Below, piece after piece: positions 8,045 to 15,805 of a stretch of 15,805 nt of DNA. The stretch spans positions 363,073-378,877 of the forward strand of contig CP063811.1 in assembly GCA_022818785.1 (NCBI GenBank), in the 5' to 3' direction. This stretch comes from Bacteroides sp. GTDB taxonomy: Bacteria; Bacteroidota; Bacteroidia; G022818785. The notes under the pieces are model-generated. The model saw only the letters and a list, made by a program, of their open reading frames with translations, made no database searches and was not told the DNA's origin. Position numbers and translations under genes: made by a program. How positions within the stretch are numbered: position 1 is the first letter of the stretch; each line of letters opens with the position of its first letter.

Positions 8045-9839
8045 CAATTATATAAATCTCATATATTATATAATAATATCATTATTATTAATATCTTTTA
8101 TGACATTAATAACTGATAAAAAATACATTAAATATATATTAATATTATCAATTTTAAATTGTATATACATTATTATTATATATATTAATTATCATATATT
8201 TTATAATCTAATTGACATCATAAATAATGTTTTTATATGTAATTTCTTAAAAACTTTTCATATAAATTCTAATATTATATTCCATTTTAATCAACCATTA
8301 TTATCTATAATATTATTAATTCTTTTTGTATACACAATGGTTAATATTTACAATCTTATTTATATAAGAGACATTAATAATGTAAAAATATATTTATTTC
8401 TTATTAATTTATTTGTGGTTAATATGATATTATTTTGTGTTATTATAGATATAATATTTTTATATGTTATTTGGGAAATTATAGGTATAATATCCTATTT
8501 TATTATAGGATTAAATAAAAAATTCACTATGCCTAGTATTACAATATTTGTAATTAATAAAATAGGCGGAATGTGTATACTTATGTCAGTTCTTATAATT
8601 AGTGATTATTACGATACATCATATTTAAATAATATCATATCTAATGATAAAAAATTGAGTTTTTTATTATTAACATCTGCATTTACTAAATTAGCTCAAT
8701 GGCCTTTCAATCGTTGGATAATTCACGCAATGAATGCTCCTATTTATGTATCTGCATTTATACATTCAACAACAATATTATTATTAGGAATTCTAATAAC
8801 TATTAAATCTTATCATCTACTCGATATAAATTTTTCGCAATTCTACTATGTAGCAATGCTAACGATTACCAATATTTTTTGTTTTTATAAATTATTTAGA
8901 GAATATAATATAAAGATAATATTGGCATATTTAACTATAGTACAATATGGTTTAATAATGATGTTAGTACTTCTTAATGAAATACAATTAGCAGTTAATT
9001 GTATTGTTTTACATGCACTTTATAAATATGCATTTTTTCTATTTTTACAATTAATTAATAATAATACACTAGACATTAGATATATTAAATTTAGCAATAA
9101 ATATTTATATATTATATTAATATCATTGATTTTATCTATGGGCGGAATGCCATTTTTAAATAGTTTTTATATAAAAAATATAATTTTATATAGTTTATTT
9201 TATAAAAAAAATATGTCTTTATGTAAAATAATATATATTATTAATATATTATTAACATATCTATTTATTTCAATAATATGTTCTAAAGTATTTGCTATAT
9301 TAATACGTTTATTGAACAAAAAAACAGAAAAATATAAAAATAATTATTATTTTCATTTTATATTATTGTTTATTAACTACATTTACCTATATTTTTATAA
9401 TATTTTCTGTTATCAATATTTTAAAATCGATAATATATTTATTTCAATTTATACATATATATTAATACCAATGGCTATATTGATTTCATATATATATTAT
9501 TATTTTTATTTTAAATCTTTTAAAGAAAAAAATGATAATAAAAATAATTACAACAAATGGCGTAATTTAGTTTGCCAAATAAAAAATTTTAATAAAAAAA
9601 TTAATTTTTATAAATCAATTTTTCATGAATTTTTTAAAAAAAAACAAAATATGATTTCATATATTTTTTTATACAAAATACATGGTAAAATGATATATAT
9701 ATGTTCGTCAAAAACGCTTTATAAGTATATAAAAAATATAAATTCTAATATTATTAGTAATATTTTTCAAGACAATATAAATCCTATTTTTATTAGTTTT
9801 ATATTTTTAATTATTATCTATATAATAACAAATTTTTAA
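8034..9839 (+). CDS. nuoL: NADH-quinone oxidoreductase subunit L (highly diverged)
   Basis: WEIIGIISYFIIG, KLAQWPFNRWIIHAMNAPIYVSAFIHSTT, IKIILAYLTIVQYG, HALYK and GMPFLNSFYIK; long amphipathic C-terminal region plus final TM helix. Confidence 0.92.
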   Translation: MIINNYINLIYYIIISLLLISFMTLITDKKYIKYILILSILNCIYIIIIYINYHIFYNLIDIINNVFICNFLKTFHINSNIIFHFNQPLLSIILLILFVYTMVNIYNLIYIRDINNVKIYLFLINLFVVNMILFCVIIDIIFLYVIWEIIGIISYFIIGLNKKFTMPSITIFVINKIGGMCILMSVLIISDYYDTSYLNNIISNDKKLSFLLLTSAFTKLAQWPFNRWIIHAMNAPIYVSAFIHSTTILLLGILITIKSYHLLDINFSQFYYVAMLTITNIFCFYKLFREYNIKIILAYLTIVQYGLIMMLVLLNEIQLAVNCIVLHALYKYAFFLFLQLINNNTLDIRYIKFSNKYLYIILISLILSMGGMPFLNSFYIKNIILYSLFYKKNMSLCKIIYIINILLTYLFISIICSKVFAILIRLLNKKTEKYKNNYYFHFILLFINYIYLYFYNIFCYQYFKIDNIFISIYTYILIPMAILISYIYYYFYFKSFKEKNDNKNNYNKWRNLVCQIKNFNKKINFYKSIFHEFFKKKQNMISYIFLYKIHGKMIYICSSKTLYKYIKNINSNIISNIFQDNINPIFISFIFLIIIYIITNF

Positions 9840-9843
9840 TCAT

Positions 9844-11352
9844 ATGATATCATTATTAATGATAATACCAATTTTAGGTAGCATTTTTATTTATATTCAA
9901 AGAAAAAATATTAGCGCACAAAAAATTGCAATTTTATCAATAATAACACAAATAATCATAGAATTATTTATAACATTAAAATTTTTTATAATATTTAATG
10001 ATAATATTTGCTTAACAGAAAAATTTACATGGCTAAAATTCAACAATTTAAAAAATGATTTTTGCATAAATTATTATGTAGGTATAGATGGTATAAATAT
10101 ATCTATGATTATATTATCATCACTTATCACATTAGTAAGTGTGATTACATCTTACAATGTAAAAAAATATAATACCTTATATTATATATTAATATTAATA
10201 ACAAATTCATTGTTAATTGGTTATTTTACAGCATTAGATATGTTTTTATTATACATATACTATGAAATAATTACATTTTCTTTATATTTTTTGATTTTAT
10301 TATGGAGTAATACAAAAAACAGATATATGACAATAAACTTTATAATATATAATGTATTGTCATCGCTAATATTAATGACATCAATAATAATAACATATTA
10401 TCTATTTATGCATGATAATACAATTCAATATAATGGTTTTATAAATTTATCAGAATTATATAATTTAAATGAAAATTGTAACAAAATATATACTAAAATT
10501 ATATTTTTTTTAATATTCATATCTTTTGCTATTAAATCATCATTAGTCCCTTTTCATGGTTGGTTACCTCAGGTACATGTAGAATCATATAATTCAGTTT
10601 CTATAATTTTATCAGGAATAATACTAAAAATGGGAATATATGGTATGCTTAGAACAAGCTACTGTTTTTTATATTATGAAATATTAGAATATCAAAACAT
10701 TTTAGCATTATTCGGATTAATAACAATTTTATATGGTGTTCTTAAATCTTTTATATATAAAGATTTAAAAAAAATAATTGCATATTATTCAATATCCCAT
10801 ATGGGATTTAATTTATTAGGAATAATTTCATACACATACGAAGGAGTGTTAGGATCTATATTTCATTTATTTAGTTATGGTATATTAACGTCTATATTGT
10901 TTATATTTTCAAATATATTGTATGACAAGGTTGGTAGCCGTCAAATAAATCATTTCTCTGGATTAATGTCAATAATGCCTAAATATACTTATACATCATT
11001 TTTTATATTTTTTGCATATATAGGCATGCCAGGATTTTCATCATTTATCAGTGAATTATTAATCATTGTTGGATTATATCATAATAATAATAATATATTA
11101 AAATATATATCTTTTATATCTATTTTAGGTCTTTTTCTTAATGCATTATCTTTTATTTTAATAATAAAAAAAATATTTTTTAATAATTTATATCTTAAAA
11201 ATAAGCAAAATTGGAAACAAAAACTTACCAGTAATATAAACCAAGAGATATATTTGATAATATTTTTGTTGTTAATCCTATTATTAATAGGAATATTTCC
11301 TAATATATTAATAAATATATCTGATTCCACTATTAAAAAATATATATCATAA
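9844..11352 (+). CDS. nuoM: NADH-quinone oxidoreductase subunit M
   Basis: GIDGIN, YYE, IKSSLVPFHGWLPQVHVE, LSGIILKMGIYG, DLKKIIAYYSISHMG and GMPGFSSFISE. Confidence 0.95.
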   Translation: MISLLMIIPILGSIFIYIQRKNISAQKIAILSIITQIIIELFITLKFFIIFNDNICLTEKFTWLKFNNLKNDFCINYYVGIDGINISMIILSSLITLVSVITSYNVKKYNTLYYILILITNSLLIGYFTALDMFLLYIYYEIITFSLYFLILLWSNTKNRYMTINFIIYNVLSSLILMTSIIITYYLFMHDNTIQYNGFINLSELYNLNENCNKIYTKIIFFLIFISFAIKSSLVPFHGWLPQVHVESYNSVSIILSGIILKMGIYGMLRTSYCFLYYEILEYQNILALFGLITILYGVLKSFIYKDLKKIIAYYSISHMGFNLLGIISYTYEGVLGSIFHLFSYGILTSILFIFSNILYDKVGSRQINHFSGLMSIMPKYTYTSFFIFFAYIGMPGFSSFISELLIIVGLYHNNNNILKYISFISILGLFLNALSFILIIKKIFFNNLYLKNKQNWKQKLTSNINQEIYLIIFLLLILLLIGIFPNILINISDSTIKKYIS

Positions 11353-11366
11353 TTTTATAAAATACA

Positions 11367-12773
11367 ATGATAGTTAATCTATTTTATTTATTACCAGAAA
11401 TAATTTTAATATTTTATATATTAACAATAATATTATTTGTTTTAACAAGATATAACATTGTTTTTTCAAAAAATTTTACATTACTCATATATTTAATAAT
11501 ATTAACATTAGAAATTATTACATTTCTTTCAATAAGAAACTATGTAATATTTCTTTTTAAGAAAACAATCATTATAAATAAATACATAATATTATTAAAA
11601 ATCATTTTTACATTAATATCTTACATTATTACAATTCTTTATTACAATAGATATTATGTAAATAAATACTTTAAAAGCAAATTAATATTATTACTTAATA
11701 TATTATTAATATCTATGTTAATAACAATGAGTTATAATATATTAACTTTCTATATTCATATAGAGATATTTTCGATATTGTCATATATTTTAGTTTTTTT
11801 TGATGATAAAAATATCATAAAAATTAAAATATCTTTAAAATATTGTCTATGGGGGATATGTTGTTCTGCAATCATGTTATACGGATTATCATATATATAT
11901 ATATTAAATGGAGATTTCAATCTTATATACTCAAATGATCATTATAATAAATTGATATATAAACTAGGTATATATATGTTTATTTCAGGCCTATTATTTA
12001 AAATAGGCATATTTCCATTGCATTTTTGGATTTCAGAGGTATATTCAAAAAATAACTTTAAAATAATATTAATTTTATCCACACTTTTAAAGTACACATT
12101 AATATTTGCATTTTATAATTTAATAAAACAATTTATAGTATATAATATAATTGATGATTTATTAGTTGGATGGAATAATTTTATTACAATTATAGCATTA
12201 TTTACTATAAGTATAGGAAGTATAAATGCAATTATAAATAAAAATATAAAAAATATTATATCATATATATCAATTCATCAAACAGGTATATTATTATTTT
12301 GTTTATTATATAGAAATAATGACATTATGAACTATAATCTATTAACATATATAATAGTGACTTATGTTGTCTCCAATACACATTTTATTATAATATTGAG
12401 CAGGGTATATAATTATGACAGTTATCATTTATTATTGAATAATCACACAATAAAATATAATATCAAAATATATATTTTATTATTTATTATATTTTTAAAT
12501 CTGATATCTGTACCGCCATTGCCATTAGGAATATCTAAAATAGCTATTATATATAATATAATATATACATATTATCAATATACTATATATAATAGTATCA
12601 TATTGATTATAATATTTTATAATCAAATATTATTAGTTATTATATATTTGAAAATTATGAAAAATATATTTTTTAATAAAATTATATTTTTTCATCAAAA
12701 AGTGTACCTTATTGATTGGATATTGATTTTAATAACATTTATGCTATCAATATTTATCAATAAGATTATATAA
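11367..12773 (+). CDS. nuoN: NADH-quinone oxidoreductase subunit N (highly diverged)
   Basis: LLPEI, IEIFSILSYIL, LKY..WG..CS..MLYGLSYIY, FKIGIFPLHFWISEVY, LSTLLK, NIKNIISY and VPPLPLGISK. Confidence 0.92.
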   Translation: MIVNLFYLLPEIILIFYILTIILFVLTRYNIVFSKNFTLLIYLIILTLEIITFLSIRNYVIFLFKKTIIINKYIILLKIIFTLISYIITILYYNRYYVNKYFKSKLILLLNILLISMLITMSYNILTFYIHIEIFSILSYILVFFDDKNIIKIKISLKYCLWGICCSAIMLYGLSYIYILNGDFNLIYSNDHYNKLIYKLGIYMFISGLLFKIGIFPLHFWISEVYSKNNFKIILILSTLLKYTLIFAFYNLIKQFIVYNIIDDLLVGWNNFITIIALFTISIGSINAIINKNIKNIISYISIHQTGILLFCLLYRNNDIMNYNLLTYIIVTYVVSNTHFIIILSRVYNYDSYHLLLNNHTIKYNIKIYILLFIIFLNLISVPPLPLGISKIAIIYNIIYTYYQYTIYNSIILIIIFYNQILLVIIYLKIMKNIFFNKIIFFHQKVYLIDWILILITFMLSIFINKII

Positions 12774-13782
12774 TATGCACTTCTTGACAAAGTTTAATAT
12801 TGAACTTATTATAAACTGATTTATATATTTTTTTTGCAAAATTATATATATCTTGACCATTTCCATTGTTATAATTTACAATCACTAATGAATGATTATG
12901 CCATAATCCAATATTATTAATTTTCTTGTTTTTCCATCCACATAATTCAATTAATTGATAAGCTGGTATTTTATAATAATTATTTAATAATTTAATACCC
13001 TTTATACTATTATTAATTTTTTTTAAAAGTAAATATTTATGATAAGTTACAATAGGATTTTTAAAAAAACTACCTGCATTACCAAAATAATTTATATCAG
13101 GTAGTTTGTAAGATCTTATATATGAAATGATATCACCTATATCATTTATAGTAGGATTATATATTTTATATTTATTTAAATATTCAATTATAGCAGGATA
13201 ATTTATATTTATTTTAGGAACTTTAGATAATTTAATATTTATAGAAATTATTATGTATCTATTAATATATTTTTTCTGTTTAAAAATACTTTCTCTATAT
13301 CCAAAACAGCATTTATTAGAATCGATATATGTAAAAATTCCATAATTCAAATCAAAAACTTCTACATTTATAAGAACATCTTCTAATGATGTTCCATAAG
13401 CTCCAATATTTTGTACAGGTGCTGCAGATACTCTTCCAGGTATCATTATTAAATTTTCAATACCATAATATTTATTTTTTATTGATAGTTCAACAATATC
13501 ATTCCATATTTCACCTCCATTAATATTTAATATAATGTCATTATTATCATATTTATATGATATTCCTTTAATATTTATAGTAAATATTATACCTTCATAA
13601 TCATTCTTAAAAAGAATATTAGTCCCCCCACCTATAAATATAAATTTACTTTTAGAGAAAACATTTTTTTTATATAATTCTAATAAATCATTTCTATTTT
13701 CTATTATGACATAATAATGACACTTATAATTAACTTTAAAAGAATTAATATGTTTAATATTAAAATTTTTATAAATGATCAT
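12766..13782 (-). CDS. murB: UDP-N-acetylenolpyruvoylglucosamine reductase
   Basis: GGGTNIL, GIENLIMIPGRVSAAPVQNIGAYG, FGYRESIFK, GNAGSFFKNP, HSLVIVN and the terminal EV motif. Confidence 0.96.
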   Translation of the reverse strand: MIIYKNFNIKHINSFKVNYKCHYYVIIENRNDLLELYKKNVFSKSKFIFIGGGTNILFKNDYEGIIFTINIKGISYKYDNNDIILNINGGEIWNDIVELSIKNKYYGIENLIMIPGRVSAAPVQNIGAYGTSLEDVLINVEVFDLNYGIFTYIDSNKCCFGYRESIFKQKKYINRYIIISINIKLSKVPKININYPAIIEYLNKYKIYNPTINDIGDIISYIRSYKLPDINYFGNAGSFFKNPIVTYHKYLLLKKINNSIKGIKLLNNYYKIPAYQLIELCGWKNKKINNIGLWHNHSLVIVNYNNGNGQDIYNFAKKIYKSVYNKFNIKLCQEVHII

Positions 13783-13790
13783 TGATAAAT

Positions 13791-14783
13791 TTAATAATTT
13801 TGAATAATCTTTTTTAAGATTTCATCTTTAATTTTTGAATTTTCTTTTAAATATTTTTTAACAGATTCTTTTCCTTGTCCTAATTTATTATTATTATAAC
13901 TAAACCAAGATCCTGATTTATGAATAATATCTTTAGAGCATCCAATATCTATTATTTCCCCTATTAAGGATATTCCTTCATTATATATTATATCAAATTC
14001 AGCTATTCTAAATGGAGGAGCAACTTTATTTTTGACAACTTTTACTCTTACACGAATTCCTGATATACTGTTATCAATGCTTTTTATTTGAGAAATTTTT
14101 CTAATATCCATTCTAATAGAAGAATAAAATTTAAGAGCATTACCACCTGTAGTAATTTCAGGATTACCAAAAATAACTCCTATTTTTTCTCTTAGTTGAT
14201 TAATAAATATACAAGAACATCCTGTTTTGCTAATATTAGCCGTTAATTTTCTTAAAGCTTGTGACATTAATCTTGCTTGTAAGCCCAATTTATTTTCACC
14301 CATATATCCTTCAAGTTCTCCTTTAGGAACTAATGCTGCTACTGAATCTATAACAATAACATCTATTGCTCCAGATCTTATAAGATTATCAGTAATTTCT
14401 AAAGCTTGTTCTCCATTATCTGGTTGAGATATTAATAAATTTTCTATATCTAATCCTAATTTTTCTGCATAAATTTTATCAAATGCATGTTCTGCATCTA
14501 TAAAAGCAGCTATTCCCCCCTTTTTTTGAGATTCTGATATAATATGCATTGATAAAGTAGTTTTGCCTGACGATTCAGGGCCATAAATTTCTATAATACG
14601 TCCCTTAGGTATTCCGCCTATACCTAAAGCATTATTTAATGCAATAGAACCTGTAGATATATATTCAATTTGTATTTTAGGTTTGTCTCCTAATTTCATA
14701 ATAGCACCTTTTCCGAATTCATTTTCTAATCTTGATAAAACATCAGATAATGCTTGAACTTTTTCTTTATTTGAACATTTCAT
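13791..14783 (-). CDS. recA: Recombinase A
   Basis: [76 protein letters not shown] and KNKVAPPF. Confidence 0.99.
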   Translation of the reverse strand: MKCSNKEKVQALSDVLSRLENEFGKGAIMKLGDKPKIQIEYISTGSIALNNALGIGGIPKGRIIEIYGPESSGKTTLSMHIISESQKKGGIAAFIDAEHAFDKIYAEKLGLDIENLLISQPDNGEQALEITDNLIRSGAIDVIVIDSVAALVPKGELEGYMGENKLGLQARLMSQALRKLTANISKTGCSCIFINQLREKIGVIFGNPEITTGGNALKFYSSIRMDIRKISQIKSIDNSISGIRVRVKVVKNKVAPPFRIAEFDIIYNEGISLIGEIIDIGCSKDIIHKSGSWFSYNNNKLGQGKESVKKYLKENSKIKDEILKKIIQNY

Positions 14784-14815
14784 GGTAGATATTAAGTTTA
14801 ATCGTGCGATTAAAT

Positions 14816-15481
14816 TTAATATTTCTTTTTTAAGAATTTAATTTTTTTATTATAAAATTTACAAATATCATTAATATAACAAGATGAGCATTTAGGATTA
14901 CGAGCCAAACATATATATCTACCATGTAAAACTAACCAATTATGAAATAATGATAAATATTTTTTAGGTATATATTGAGATAATTTTTGTTCTATCATTA
15001 GAACATTTTTATCGTATTTTTTGCTTACAAGCCCTAGTCTAATTGATACTCTCATAACATGTCTATCTACTGCCATAACTGGTATGTTATATATTGTAGA
15101 TCCAATAACATTCGCGCTTTTTCTTCCTATACCAGGCAATTTTAATAAATTTTCTATTGTATTAGGTACTTTTCCATTAAATTTATTAATTATTATTTTA
15201 CTTAATTCAATTAAATATTTAGTTTTATTATTAGGATAACTTATTGATTTTATATATGAATATAATTTATCATATGATACTTTTGAAAAATCTTCAGGAT
15301 TTTTTAGATATTTAAACAAATTTTTAGTTACGATATTAACTCTTTTATCTGTACATTGAGCCGATAAAACCACAGCAATTAATAATTCAAAACCATTACT
15401 ATAATTTAGTTCTGTTGTTGCTTTAGGTTGTTTTTTTTTAAAAAAGTTAATAAATCTTTTATATCTTTCTTTGATTAACAT
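14816..15481 (-). CDS. nth: Endonuclease III
   Basis: [17 protein letters not shown], HhH motif [11 protein letters not shown] (catalytic Lys), AVDRHV (catalytic Asp) and the [4Fe-4S] motif C-X6-C-X2-C-X5-C ([17 protein letters not shown]). Confidence 0.97.
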   Translation of the reverse strand: MLIKERYKRFINFFKKKQPKATTELNYSNGFELLIAVVLSAQCTDKRVNIVTKNLFKYLKNPEDFSKVSYDKLYSYIKSISYPNNKTKYLIELSKIIINKFNGKVPNTIENLLKLPGIGRKSANVIGSTIYNIPVMAVDRHVMRVSIRLGLVSKKYDKNVLMIEQKLSQYIPKKYLSLFHNWLVLHGRYICLARNPKCSSCYINDICKFYNKKIKFLKKKY

Positions 15482-15568
15482 TAATAATTAAAATATGATA
15501 AATTATTATATCTTCAAAAAGACTCTCTTTTAATGAGAAGAAAATATAACATTATTAATATATATTAT

Positions 15569-15805
15569 ATGCTATCAATTATCAAAAAAATATTTAAAAC
15601 TAAAAATGAAAGGGACATTTTAGAATTAAAAAAAATTCTATATAATGTCAAGAATCAATATAAAATAATTAAAAATTTTACTAATGATGAATTAAGAATA
15701 TCGACAATTAAGCTTCGTGAAAAAATAAAATCCGATTTATTAATTTTTGATAAAAATATTCAAAAAATAAAAAAATTAATACTATATAATCATAAAAACT
15801 TAAAA
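15569..15805 (+). CDS. secA: Preprotein translocase SecA, N-terminal 79 codons (3'-truncated by window edge; absent from the ORF track)
   Basis: Hand translation gives MLSIIKKIFKTKNERDILELKKILYNVKNQYKIIKNFTNDELRISTIKLREKIKSDLLIFDKNIQKIK..., matching the SecA N-terminus (K.FG.K.ERD...SNDELR..T) followed by the Bacteroidota-type helical insertion. Confidence 0.85.
   Translation, partial: MLSIIKKIFKTKNERDILELKKILYNVKNQYKIIKNFTNDELRISTIKLREKIKSDLLIFDKNIQKIKKLILYNHKNLK

Noticed and set aside
11079-11330. 83-aa minus-strand ORF
   Set aside because: Antisense shadow of nuoM.
14227-14427. 66-aa plus-strand ORF
   Set aside because: Antisense shadow of the recA core.
15021-15239. 72-aa plus-strand ORF
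   Set aside because: Antisense shadow of nth.
15511-15541. Imperfect hairpin TCTTC..AAAAGA-CTC-TCTTTT..GAAGA in the nth/secA divergent spacer
   Set aside because: Weak AT-rich stem with a 3-nt loop and an internal bulge; not in a terminator position and no recognisable RNA family.
1-15805. UGA-to-Trp recoding, or a mitochondrial/organellar origin suggested by AT richness and nuo genes
   Set aside because: Genes are full length in code 11, Trp is TGG, and TGA ends valS and nuoH at expected positions. murF, murB, valS, nth and secA with Bacteroidota features indicate a bacterium.
1-15805. tRNA, rRNA, CRISPR, IS or defence system
   Set aside because: The longest intergenic gaps are about 90 nt, AT-rich and largely unstructured; all long ORFs are assignable to housekeeping families.

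Overview
An extremely AT-rich (roughly 15-20% GC by eye, not computed), gene-dense bacterial window in standard genetic code 11, most consistent with a strongly reduced Bacteroidota endosymbiont. The SecA, Nth, MurF, NuoI and M20 N-termini resemble Sphingobacteriales/Cytophagales homologs (from recollection, not a search). Gene order: partial holB(+), murF(-), M20D amidohydrolase(+), valS(-), nuoI(-), nuoH(-), GH73 glucosaminidase lipoprotein(-), nuoK-L-M-N(+), murB(-), recA(-), nth(-), partial secA(+). I found no RNA genes, mobile elements, CRISPR or defence systems, and I cannot support a wholly new system. The most notable signals are (1) DNA-level homogenisation of the two ferredoxin motifs in nuoI, including a perfect 28-bp repeat at 147-bp spacing; (2) a split, divergent complex I membrane-arm cluster with no nuoJ and an autolysin gene abutting nuoH; (3) heavily eroded NuoK/L/M/N that keep most proton-pumping residues; (4) a triple ATGATAT repeat placing ATGs in all three frames at the nuoK start; (5) an unusually well-conserved M20D hydrolase whose start codon lies inside a candidate Bacteroidota promoter for murF.
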